Below, piece after piece: positions 12,823 to 25,277 of a stretch of 64,000 nucleotides of DNA. The translations under genes and the position numbers were made by a program. Position 1 is the first letter of the stretch, and every line of letters begins with the position of its first letter. A model generated the notes under the pieces. That model searched no databases and was not told the DNA's origin. It worked only from the letters and a program-made list of their open reading frames with translations. The stretch comes from Podarcis bocagei (lineage: Eukaryota), in assembly GCA_964188305.1 (NCBI GenBank), contig OZ076892.1. One strand, written 5' to 3'.

Positions 12823-15800
12823 GGGGCCGGGACAGATGAGGGCTGCCTCATAGAAATATTGGCTTCTCGTACCAACCCGGAAATCAGACAGATTAATGAA
12901 ACCTACAAACATCGTGAGTATAAAGAGATGTTTGTGAGTTTCTTCCTGTGGTATTTGCTTGCGTGGGAGAACTTGGTGTTAGGATGTGCCCAGATCTGTC
13001 TAGAAATCTTCCTTCCTGAATCGGCTGCCTGAGGTAGTTACCTTGTCGTGTGGTGGGAATGAACGTGACTCTAATTTCTCAGTACTCTCTGGAGTAATTT
13101 CAGTAACCCTACCCCGCTATAGCCATTGTGTCTTGGCTTTCTTGACAGAGTATGGGGTTAGCCTTGAGGACGACATCGTCTCGGACACCTCCTCCATGCT
13201 CCGGAGAGTGCTGGTGTCTCTTTCCACTGTAAGTAATCAGGTTGGCCAAGGCTGCCTTATGGCAAGCTTTCACAACCACCTCTCCCTCATTTCTTTCTTT
13301 GTCAGTATTTAAGGCAGACATGCTATGAACCACTTGCATGATGCTTGTCCCCTGGTTCGGGACCCCTTGGTACAGACTACATCCAAGGGCATTTTGCTGC
13401 CTTGGAATCTCCCCTCATTTAAGCTGGATACATTGGATCAGTGGTTCCCAAACTTTTTGGGACACACTTTTTTGGGGAATGAGTTCCATAGACTCATCTC
13501 CAGTGCCCCCTACCCTACCCTATAAAAAAGCATTATTCAGAATAGTGGTTTACATGACCAGAGGATGATAATAACAAAATGAAATTCAAAACAGTAACAG
13601 TTAATTGCACACTTATTCAAAATCCAATTAAAACTGTTTAGTTTAATTAATTCAGCAAAATTGATGAACTTGATCCAGTGATAGCAGTTTTTCAAAGTCT
13701 GATAGTCATTGACACCTACAGTGCCCCGCTAGGAAATTCCCACCCCCTGCATTAGACTGAATTTAACCTATGCCTCTTGTTTCCAGGGCAACAGAGATGA
13801 GAGCAGCTATGTTGATGAGGGCCTGGCCGTGCAAGATGCCCAGGTCTGTAACTCTTTGCACTTGGGGAACAGATCTTACTGCAGAAAAATACCACATTGG
13901 GGCAGCAGCTTATATCACAGTTGCCTCCTTCTGGGGAGTGAGTTCTTCTAACCCAGGGCTATTTCTCTCTGCTGTGATTTTAAACAATGTGTGACATAAG
14001 CTCCACCTTTTTACCTACTTGGAACTTGTCTGGGCTATTGGATGCCGCAGCCAAGCTCTTGTTTAGACCTCCCTTCTCCCCTCACAGGCTCTGCTTCCCT
14101 CCCAGGTTTCCTTGTCCTTCTGCACTGACCTTTTAAAAATTGATGCCTTTTTATCTGCACTTCTCATTTTCAGTGTCTGTACGAAGCTGGGGAGAAAAGG
14201 TGGGGCACTGATGAGGCCCAGTTCATGAGTATCCTGTGCTCAAGAAGCAGAAACCACCTTTTGAGGGGTAAGAGGCTGAACATTTTGGATGGTTGTTGTA
14301 CAGAGACTCCCCTTGGGCATCTGGGATGCTTTCAGAATATGTGCAAAGGGGAGGGAGCCCTTTCTTGTACATATGCCAAGAGGGTAGGAATTTAAAGTGT
14401 CTCTTTACCACACTTAAATGTAGGAAATTTCATCATCGTCAACCTAAGTTTATTTGTATGCTGTTTTTCCATGGTAAAACCAAGCTCAAAGAGGTTCAGA
14501 ACCACACACAGACTAAAATATAACAGCATTTCAAGGTAATGCATCAACAATGACAAAACATAACACAATTTTTTTTAAAAATCACATTAATATCAATCAG
14601 GCAAACAAACATCTCATTTTAATAAACACTGAAACAATGTCTAACAGTAAAATATAGGACATTCAGAGGCCATTTCTTAGCAATGGCAAAAGGGAAGCTA
14701 AAAAGCAAGCATGTGATTTGCCACATGACAGTTGGAGGTTTGTAGTCTAAGCAAAGGCAGTAACATGACTCTTAAGGGTGGAGCCAGCCCTGGCGTGACT
14801 TCTAAGGATGTGTAACCAGCCCTGACAGATACTCTTACTACAGTTTCCTTTTGGGACTCTTCCCAACTTAATTTCTTTCTCCTGTGGAGGAGCGTACATG
14901 AGATGCTCTTCCGGATTGCAAAATTCATACAGCATTTATGTGCTGCCATAGTGCCTTTCTTTCATGCCCATGGAAACTTGCATTGGCATGAACCCCTGGG
15001 AAGGAGATCTGCATCTTCCTGTTTTTTGCTCCACCGGTTCTTACAGTAAGAGTTGGCTTCAAGACAAGTCTGCTGCATTTGCTTTGCTACCACCTGTTGG
15101 TGCTTGTCTTTCATTCACTCTGTGGGTTTTTAATCCTCCTCCTCCTTCTAGATAAATGAAAGTTTGTGAGCCAGTGAGCAGTATGCAGAGCACTGTAGCT
15201 CGGAAGATGTGCAAACACAAGCAGCTTCCTGAACCTTCGAGGGCCTTTTGCATTTTTGCCTTTAAGCTCAATCCAAAAATGGATTGCCTTGGCCAAACCT
15301 TAATTAATTGATGGGGCTGTAAAGTAAGGACACAGTTTGAGACTACACTAATGTAGACTGAAAAAAGGCAAAATATGGAAGGTTGTCTTTCCTTTTAACA
15401 CCTACAATATATAGAAACCTTTAAAAAACAACAACCCATAAGTCCACACACACACGGTTTTAGAAACCCCCGTGTCTGTTCAACCCAACTTGCCACTGCA
15501 CAATATTTCTTTTTTTTCCTTTTTCTTTAATTCTTTCAACATATACAACATCACAGAGATAAATTAAGTAATTTATCACCAGAAGCTGGTGTTTAGGCAA
15601 TACGTGCAGTTCTTATCCCAGACTACTTTTTGTATAGAAGGCAATAAATAGTTTATTAAGCAAAAAGTTTTATAATGTGAGGGGAGCTGTCTGTTTTTGT
15701 TTTTAGCTATGTACATAATGAAACTGTGCTATTGATTTACAAAAGAGACTTTATGTTTCAAGCTTTGTGCCAATTTTATTATTTTTCTACAAGTGCTGTT

Positions 15801-18800
15801 TGCCACTCTGTTCTACCAATTTGTCAGAGAAACACTGTCTAAGTTCCTCCAGAATCTTGTTGTTATGCAGCTGGGTGCTAGGAGAAGAGAATTTACTAAA
15901 AGTTAAAACTGTAAAAGTTAATACTGTCTCCCATAAATGGATTGAGAACAGCCAGAGACATTTTATCCAGTAAGTGGTTTTATTTGAACAAATACTTCAT
16001 CCCAGAACTGAGCCACTGAGCGACATGCCATTTTTACACCTCTATTATTGAGGCCAAGACCAATTTAAAAGGAAATTTTCTCCATATTGAGATCCACACC
16101 TCTTTACTGATGCTAATCTGCCAATCAGCTTTCCATATCTCCTATAAACCATCTGTTGTGTCCATGTTTATTTGGATCAACACGTTATACAGTCTAGACA
16201 ATAGAATCTGTTCTATCTCTTTAGCAGCGTTCAACTATAATCCAAAGGGGAAACTGATGTGGTTTGGTATATCAAAGTTTCACAGTAACCAAGAGATTCT
16301 ATATTCCTTGAGTTGAAATTTCTACAAATCCCTTGGGCGTGGCTGAGGTTGTGTAAATAGTGTCAGAGTTTGTTTAAACCTGCACTGTGGAGGAGTAAAG
16401 GTAAAATATTTCTACTGAACTGCCATTTTATTTTAAAATAATCATAAGTCAAATATCAGAAACCTGGGAACTCCCCTAATGTTCTATGTTCTAGCTCATC
16501 TAAGCAGCAAAACAGAGGGCAATTTTAAGTGTTGTTGCCAGTGCTCATCCTACTCAAAGTCATTTAAACTAATAGACATGGCCAACTTTTGTCAATTAAT
16601 TTCAGTGAGCCTACTCTTAGTAGAAATTAGTTGAATAAAATCCTAAATATGTGGGCTTCTAGATTTGGCACCTTTTTTACTTTTAATTTGCTAGTAAAAC
16701 CCTCCTTCTGCTTTCCAGTGTTCGATGACTACAGGAAGATTGCTAACAAAGACATTACGGAGAGCATTCAATCTGAAATGTCAGGAGATCTTGAGGATGC
16801 CTTGTTAGCGATAGGTGAGTCATTTACTGAGCTGCTGAAATGAAACGGGGGATGGGATGGTCTTGTGGGGCAACTTGAAAGAGCTATGGAGGTGCCTTGC
16901 AATGATGGTCTTGGTTTCTGCACCCTTCTCTCAAGAAGTCCAATAAACTCTACATGAAGATTATCCAGCAGCCCTGTGAGATAGGCTTGACTGAGATAGT
17001 TTGGCTCAGGTCACCCGGTGAATTTCATGGTTTATGCCCAGGATAGCTAATGCAATGCCTCCTTCCATGTGAGCCTTCGAAGCTCCTTAATATCTGCAGG
17101 GGAGACTCCCCCGCATTCTGGTAACAGTTTGTTCAAACGTGAGAAATCGCTTCTTTGGTCACATCCAGACTGGAACTCCCTGTCTTGGGAGGTTGATTTG
17201 CCTCCCACACTGACCTTCCATTGTCTGCTGAAGGTGTTTTTATTCTAAAGCCTTTTGGCCTGCTGGGCTGAGGTGTATTAGTGTAAAGCTGTTTTTGTCT
17301 CCAAACTGATACTGTGGCATTTCTTTGTTTTACTGATTTCATCAATATCTGTTAGAATTTAGTATTTGCAAAGGGTCGTTGCAATAGAATGATTTATAAC
17401 TCACCCCCTTTAGCAAATAATGATCTGACTTTCACGTAACCATAGCAAAAAAACAAACTATGATTTAACATGAACAAAATTAATGTTGAACAAGTTGGAA
17501 CAAATCTGGGTAACAGATCATGGTTTGTTTGGAGAGAACTAGCACTTGAGGCAAAATGGGTTCGGACATTTTATAATATACTGTATGTATTTTAATGGAT
17601 GTGTTTTCTGTGTTGTTTTAATTCTGTTAAGAGTTTAATTACTTTTAAGCAATTATCTTTTATATATTTTTAGCTTTTTGTATTTTATCTGCGTTGTTTT
17701 AATTTGTGTAAGCCGGCTTGAATCCTGGTCTGGGGAAAAGGCAGGATATAAATAAATATAATAATAAAGGTAAAGGTACCCCTGACCGTTAGGTCCAGTC
17801 GCGGACGACTCTGGGGTTGCGCGCTCATCTCGCTCTATAGGCCGAGGGAGCTGGCGTTTGTCCGCAGACAGTTCTGGGTCATATGGCCAGCATGACTAAG
17901 CCGCTTCTGATGAACCAGAGCAGCTCAAGGAAACATCGTTTACCTTCCCGGTGGAGCGGTAGTCTCGTAATCTGGGGAACCGGGTTCGCGTCTCCGCTCC
18001 TCCACATGCAGCTGCTGGGTGACCTTGGGCCAGTCACACTTCTGTGAAGTCTCTCAGCCCCACTCACCTCACAGAGTGTTTGTTGTGGGGGTGAAGGGAA
18101 AGGAGAATGTTAGCTGCTTTGAGACTCCTTAAAGGGAGTGAAAGGCGGGATATCAAATCCAAACTCTTCTTCTTCTTCTTCTTTTGAACTGCTAGGTGGG
18201 CAGGAGGTGGGACCAAACAATGGGAGCTCACCCCGTTGCAGGGATTCAAACTGCCTTCCACTCATCAAGCCCTAGGCTCTGTGGTTTAAACTACAGCGCC
18301 ACCCATGTCCCTGTAATATAATAATAGTAAATAATAAATGGTGACAACCCAGACTCCTCGGAGCTCCTTGGACAAGCCAAACTCCTGTTTCCTTGGAAGA
18401 AGGCAGCAGCAGAGCGAGAATCAACGCTTCAAAATAAAACCATAGTTTTTGTTTTAAACTGTAGTTCAATGTGATATTTGAACTTGGCCAATAATAATAT
18501 CATGACTGATCAGGGATTTGAATCTATGACTTCCCAGGCCAGGTCTGACCCTCCAGCTCATAGACTCATAGAAGTGTAGAATTGGAAAGGACTCCAGGGG
18601 TCATCTAGTCCAGCCCCCTGCAATGCAGGAATCTCAACTAGATCATACATGATTGATGGCCATCCAACCTCTGCTTAAAAAGTTGGACTCCAATTCCAAG
18701 CAGCCACAGCCAGCATATGCACCGGTTGGGGATGCTGGAAGTTGTAGTCTAGCAACCTCTGGAGGGCAACAGGTTTCCCCCACCCTTATTCTAGAGAGTC

Positions 18801-20087
18801 CTTCATGCTTTCTCACTGGATAATGGCTGCTGATGAAGGGACTCCTATGTTGGGCAGTTTCCTCTTGGCCAAGTACAGTTGACACCACACTTTCTTTCTT
18901 CAAAAATGCAGGCCCTCTGTTTGCTTGAAAAACTATATTCCTTGATCATGAGCTTGTCTGGTTCCAGCTCTCTTTTCTAGCTTTGCTAACCTCGCTTCCT
19001 TTGTTTTTCTCCTTGCAGTAAACTGTATAAGAAATAGGCATGCCTACTTTGCTGAAAGGCTGTACAAATCCATGAAGGTAAATGGGACAGGGGAGAGAGA
19101 AAGGTTTGAATGTGCCTTGTTTGTTTGTTTGTTTGTTTGTTTGTTTGTTTTAATGCAAAAACCGAGTGACCAGTTGCTTGTTTTCTCTCTCCCCCCCTCC
19201 AATCAAGGGTTTAGGGACAAATGACGACACCCTCATTCGAGTAATGGTCTCCCGCTGTGAGATAGACATGATAGATATCAAGGCAGAGTTCAAGCGGATG
19301 TATGGAAAATCCCTCTACTCCTTCATTAAGGTGAGCTTGCATTTTTTGTTCATTTGTTTCCCCATCCAATTCTAGCACCTTTAAATTCCCATGTAGGCCT
19401 CAAGCCTAATGAAGCTTTGAGCTGCTCTCTCTCATTGCTGTGAGGCTTGGGCAGGAGAATTCCCTGCAGGAACAATGTCCCCAAAGAGGCTTACACTCAT
19501 GTGAGCAGCCTGGAGCAGTGTTTAATGGCCATAGCAAAGCCGGATACAAACCACCACCACCCACAATGTTGCTCTCCAGATATGTTGAACTACATCTAGC
19601 ATGGCAGCGTCTGTAGTCTAGAACTCACATCCTCTTGAAATCAGGCGGGCACCCTGACTGCACGCTTTTCGGTGGCTGCTAAATGGTTTTTGTTTAGACA
19701 AGTACAATGTGGGTGTATGTTTTAATCTCCTTTTAGTTTATTGTCGATTTTAAAACATTCAAAAGATAAAGTGTTGCTTTTACTGATAACTTTGTTTTCG
19801 TCTCCTTGTAAATTGCTTTGAGCTTTGCTTTTTTAGTCAAGTAGTGTATCAACTTTATGAAATAAATAAGGTAAATCTCCCATCAGTCTCTGTCAGCATG
19901 GCCTTATGGCGCTGGGGCTGATGAGAGCTGTCGTCCAAAACCTCTGTTGAGCACCCGGTTGGGGGACACTGCTTTAAACCATTAATCAAAAGTGTGAATT
20001 GACAGTGGCTTCAAATTTCTCTTTCAGGGCGATACCTCAGGAGACTACAGGAAAGTCCTGCTCCTCCTTTGTGGTGGGGAAGACTAA
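7900..20087 (+). CDS. ANXA4: Annexin A4, 12 coding exons, 319 aa
   Basis: Exons with GT-AG boundaries: 7900-7902 (ATG; exon starts 7860), 8950-9037, 10229-10323, 11764-11877, 12823-12913, 13149-13228, 13787-13843, 14174-14267, 16719-16814, 19019-19077, 19208-19330, 20028-20087 (TAA). They sum to 960 nt. Translation [38 protein letters not shown]...[19 protein letters not shown] has four annexin repeats (GxGT[DN]/WGTDE). The short N-terminus and the neighbour GMCL1 support A4. Confidence 0.95.
12784..12820 (+). repeat. (CT)n microsatellite forming the polypyrimidine tract of an ANXA4 acceptor
   Basis: The CT run directly abuts the AG at 12821-12822. Confidence 0.9.
17768..18311 (-). mobile_element. 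Sauria/Squam1-type SINE carrying a nested Squam3-type SINE (about 17955-18182, +)
   Basis: AGGTAAAGGTA tail and a tRNA-derived head (CAGCGCCACCCATGTCCC on plus). The inserted SINE ends in (TTC)n. Confidence 0.75.
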
Positions 20088-20624
20088 CAGCCCAAATGGC
20101 CTCTTGCCTTTTCCTGCACCCATGCAGCACGTCTTGCCCACGCTGCCTGCAGTCTCAATCTCTTGCAGTAATCCTTTTATGCCAGTTTTGCATCATGCTA
20201 ACCTAGATTTTGTGTACTATAATAGGTTTGGAAATAATTTCTCCTTGGAATCATTGGCAGATAATATACGTGTGGGGAGCTCTGAATCTTTTTTGTGCCC
20301 TGGCTTCTAAAATTAGACCTGCAAACGTGTTTGTGATTTAAACAAAAAAAACCCCACAAAACCTGGCAACTCTCAAATTTCCTGCAGGTCCTCTTGACTA
20401 GGTTTCATTTGCCTATACTCCTCACTCCTGAAGGGATTGCACAGAAGGGACTGCTGACCACCTAAGTCAGCCTTCCTCACCTGGTGACCTCCAGCTGTTG
20501 CCAAACCATAACCCCCTCCATCCTTGGACGTTGACTACAGACTGGTTGGAGTTGGTGGGTGTTACTCTCCAGAGGTTTTGGGCTGTATCAGGCTAGGGAA
20601 TGCTAGCTTTGGTATTCTGTTGAT

Positions 20625-20868
20625 CAGGCACATCCAACTCCCAAGAGACTGTGATCTACTCCCACTCTAAAAATACTGGCAGTGATCTACCCATTGTCAA
20701 TGCCAAGAGCTGTTGAACTTTTTTGGGGGAGAGTTGCTCAGAGTTGTTGAGCTTTGTTTAGGGATTGATCAGGAGCACCACGGAGATCTCTTACTTTGAT
20801 CCTGTGATCGACTGGAAATGCCCCCGCGATCGACTGGTAGATCACGATCGACCTGTTGGACATGCCTG
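20625..20868. mobile_element. hAT-type MITE downstream of the ANXA4 stop codon
   Basis: TIR CAGGCACATCCAAC / GTTGGACATGCCTG; TSD CTGTTGAT/CTGTAGAT (7/8). Confidence 0.7.
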
Positions 20869-22476
20869 CTGTAGATTTATAAATGAAATATAGGCCTTCC
20901 TTGCAGTCTGAAGTGAAACAGAGGAAATTGCCTTATATTGAGTTAGACAATTGGTCCATCTAGCTCAGCACTGTCTACACTGACTGGCAGCAACTCCCAA
21001 AGATTCCAGAGAAGAGTCTCTCCTGGAGATTCCAGGATCTGGGACCTTCTGTATGCAAAGCAGGTGCTCTGTGGCCCTTCCCCAAAGTACATCCCCCACA
21101 CAACTACACCCTCATATACAGGAGGCTGCGTAAGCATTGTTACTTAGCTTCACATGCCCACCAAAATTTGCCAGGAACAAATATTGCATAATGAAGGGGC
21201 AGTGCAGGATTTCATCCCTTGGCCTCACTATAACTGCTAGCAGAATGCCCTGTACATTGTATTTCTTACCCTAATCCCCCAGAGGCCAACCACACGTTTT
21301 ATTCATTTCTTAACATTCTTAGGGCCTGGTGTTTTGAAGAGGAGCCCCCGAGCCAGGTGACTTGTTCTCCTGTTGTCTTCATTTCCCCAGAATTCTTTTG
21401 GGGCCTCAACAAATAAGGCCCCAAGGCATTCTGGGCAAATGGCAATGGCAGCAGCTGCACTGCCTGGTGCTTGCCTTATTGGTTCGGGGCTCCCTGTAAT
21501 GACCCAGCCATACCACCTTTACACAGTACCCTTCATACGCATGGCAAGGGAGACTCGCTTTTCAGTCAATGTATATGGGAACTGCTGCTTGCATGAGTCA
21601 TTTTAAAAATTGTTCTTTTTAGTAAATCTGGATATTGCCAAGTCCAGCCTCTTGTTTAGTTCCCAAAGGGGGTTGTGCTTCATTCCCATTTATGTGTAGT
21701 TGATTTCAAGAATTTTGCCCTTTTTAAGAAAATAAGGTGCTTCTGGAGGGAAATTGAGGAGGGCAGTTTCAGCTTGACTGAGGTTGAAGGGAGGTCACCT
21801 CTCTACAATGCTTCTGCCTTCCTCCCAAGTTTAGCCCCTTTGCTTTACATTTTTTTAAAAAAATATGCACAATGGCTTAAAATTTCACACATGTTCTGAA
21901 CAGAAAATCTGTGTCCAGAACAAAACATGTTCACAGCAAATGAATGTAATTTGGCTCCTACTCAGAATGCTAGAGCACTTATTTAAAACAAAACAATCCT
22001 CCCCTGCTGTCTTCTGTGGTGCCTTTGGAATCACAAGTTGTAAATTGCTGTGTCTGTATATATTCTGCTGCCAAAAAATGTAACACCTTTTTGTGCCTTT
22101 CCTGTGAAATGCAAAAAGTTAAACAGTCTGATACAAATTCTCAGCACCAAGAGTGATAAAGGTTGACTCTTTTGAATGTGATATAGATATGAGTGCAGGA
22201 AGCTCTGCCTTTGATTGGAACAGAAGCATGAAAAGAAATCGTCTCCTCCACTCTTCCACTAGAGAGCAATTCTGATCTAGGAAACAGTTTATGTACAGCA
22301 GCTGGTCCAAATGTCACTCACTGCTCAGAAAGCCCTCTCATCTGTGCTTTGAAAAAAACAAAAACCTATCAGGTTGTGATTTACTTTCGTTTCATGTTTG
22401 TGTGAATTCTATTTTGCTTCTAAAAGAGTGGGAATTGAACATGAGATTTGAGTCAGGTTTCAGTCTTCTAAAACTA

Positions 22477-23208
22477 CCGTATTTTTCGCACCATAGGACG
22501 CACCGGACAATAGGACGCACTTTGTTTTAGAGGGGGGAGAACAAGAAAAAAAAATTCTCCCCCTCTCTGCCCAGCGCCCCTTCAGTGAAGCGGCAGGAGG
22601 CGCTGCATAGAGAGGGGGAGAACTTTCCCCCTCTTGTTTTCCCGCTCTAAAACAAGGTGCCGTTTAAGGTGCGTTCAGGCGGCTACCTTGGAAGCCTGGA
22701 GAGCGAGAGGGGTCGGTGTGCACTGACCCCTCTCGCTCTCCAGGCTTCAGGTTCCTTTCGACCTGCTCTTTGGGGCTGGCGGGGGGAAGCCCACCACCAG
22801 CCCCAAAGAGCAGGTCAGGGAGCAGCGGAGAGGCGCAGCGGAGAGGCTCCTGCCATAGCCGCGCGTCACCTCTCCAGCCGGGAGAGGGTCGCGGGGCTAT
22901 GACTTCTTTAGCCCCGTGCGCGCTCTCCCGGCTGGAGAGGTGACGCGCGGCTATGGCAGGAGCCTCTATAGCCGCGCGTCACCTCTCCAGCCGGGAGAGG
23001 GTCGCGGGGGGCTTCTTTAGCCCCGCGCACGCGCTCTCTCGGCTGGAGAGGTGACACGGGGCTGTAGAGGTTCCTGCCATAGCTGCGTGTCACCTCTCCA
23101 GCCGGGAGAGGGTCGCGGGGCTATGGCGTCTTCGCTCCATAGGACGCACACACATTTCCCCTTCATTTTTGAAGGGGAAAAAGTGTGTCCTATACAGCGA
23201 AAAATACA
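22477..23208. mobile_element. TA-flanked Tc1/mariner-type non-autonomous element with internal palindromic repeats (relative at about 32396-32873)
   Basis: TA-CCGTATTTTTCGC...GCGAAAAATACAG-TA termini; repeated inverted GCGCGTCACCTCTCCAGCCGGGAGAG units at ~22855-23120. Confidence 0.75.
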
Positions 23209-23505
23209 GTAGTTCTCCTTTAGAAGACAACCCTGACTTCTGGTTAAATGGGAAACAACTGTAAAGCCATTGCAAAAAGGTGGCAGTGCAACAGGCGGTT
23301 GAAATGGCATCATCCTGCTAGCTTTCCACTCTAATAAACCAAAGATGTGTTTGCTGTAAACTTAGCTTTTTTTTAAAAAAATGGAGTAGAAGCCTCCTGG
23401 TAAGATGGACAAGAGAAGACTGTAGGGACTGAACACGAGGCTCTGGACAAGCACCCTAGGAAATAAATATTCTGTAGTGCCCCTTCACCCACCAAAGGAA
23501 TCTTG

Positions 23506-23755
23506 CTAAGAACTTAAGAAGAGCTGTGCTGGATCAGGCCAGTGACCCATCCTCTTCTCAGAGTAGCCAACCAGATGCCCCAACGGGAAGCCTAAAGCAG
23601 GACTGGAACATAAGAGCAATCTCCCCACCTGTGATTTCCTGCAACTAGCATTCAGAAGCATTGCTGCCTCTGACTGTCGGCCGAGCATAGCCATCAAGGC
23701 TAGTAGCCATCAATAGCCCTCTCCTCCATGAATTTGTCTAACCTTTTAAAGCCGT
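23506..23755 (-). mobile_element. CR1 LINE 3' fragment
   Basis: TAAGAACTTAAGAAGAGCTGTGCTGGATCAGGCC... is the reverse of the CR1 3' end. Confidence 0.7.
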
Positions 23756-25277
23756 AGGTATTGTAGTAAATGAGGGTAGCAAATGTGATTAAGTTTCCCA
23801 AAAACATCCCTAAAGCTGCCCGTGCCACAACTGGTAAGGAATTGGCAAGTTTAGAATCAAGGAACGTCTCTTTCCTGGAAGCCTTACGACGGCCTGGGCA
23901 TAGCAGCATCTTTGCTTGATCCCAAAAGAGAGATCAGGCTCTAGAGTCAGCTGGAGAGTAGCAGCCACATCATACAAGAAACTAGAAAAGCCAACAAGAA
24001 AGTTGGGAGCATCAAAACACGGCAGAGAAATATGCAGGTCTGTAAGGTTCTGGGGAGGAGCTTATGTGATTTTTATCATCTGCAACCATATTGTTTGTTA
24101 GTTCAGAGCCCTTGCTAAAGGTACTCGTTTTAGAGAAGCAGTGACTCAGGCCCCCAAGAGGACATGGTGCTGGAGAACTCCCTGCTCTGCCAAGGTTGAG
24201 AGGCGAGTTTAAGATCTAAGCTTCGGATCCAGATTTCTGAAGGAACAAAGACACCTCCTCCCTATCCCCCTCCTTGCAAGGGTACCGACAAGCATTTCTC
24301 ATTCTCAAACATTGAAAGGAGTGCCTTTACATCATGGCAAAGGACAGGGCCCTCTCCACTGTAGTGTGCTGCTTATAGAATGCCCTCCCCCTCAAGAGTA
24401 CAATTAGTACAGATGCAGAATAGGAAAAGTCGCCCCTCCTTGCCTGGGTTTCTGTTGGCTACTAGGTCTTCAGTGTGCTGCAGCAACTGGTGTTTCTTCC
24501 CCTGGGTGGCAATTTTAACAATGTTTTGAATTTCTAGGGCATGAAAACTCTTCCTATTCTTAACTGTTTGTGTCATGCCCTAGGATGAAGGTCAAGCTGG
24601 AAATACATTTAATAAATAAACCCAAACTATCCCTTCTTTGGAGGAATTGGCCACTGACAGCTCACTTTCTCTGGGGCATCATTGTCAGGGAACTGCCATC
24701 GGAGCCAGGGGGAGAGGGAGGGCTCCAGAGGGATTCCGGAGAGCGTCCCGGGAGGGAGAGAAGCAGCACATCTTCTGGGGAAGGAAATCAGCGTAGCACC
24801 AGTGGCGAAGGGGGGCAGATGGGGGAATCGGCGAGGTGGCTCCATGACTCCTTGCTGGGAACCAGTGGGGAGAGCACGGGTCCTCCGCTGCCCACACCCT
24901 CCCTGCGCAGAAGGCTTCCGCAGAGGGAGAGTAGGCGGAGACTAGGCGTCAAAGAACTTCTTTGCTGGAAGAAGTTCAAGAAACGCCCACTGACGGATTC
25001 TGCCAGCGATTGAGACAGCCATGGGCGAGTGGCTGTCCGGACAGAAAGGGTTCACTCAGGCATCCCAGCCAGGTGTGGCGCCGATTTACGCACGAGCAAC
25101 CCCTAGAACCATTACAGTCATACTGACCAAGACTGCTGGGCCACTAAAGACACACGTAAATAAACAATTCAGAGGCCAAGGCTTGTCTTGGAAATAGTAT
25201 TTTCCTCCAAAAATAAATAGGATACAAATGAACATAGGCGAAGTGCAAAGTTAGACAAACTAGGTCCCCTGCAGCTG

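Noticed and set aside
24570-25013. 147-aa ORF between ANXA4 and TSR1
   Set aside because: Non-ATG start and no recognisable homology; lies in the probable TSR1 3' UTR or flanking repeat-like DNA.
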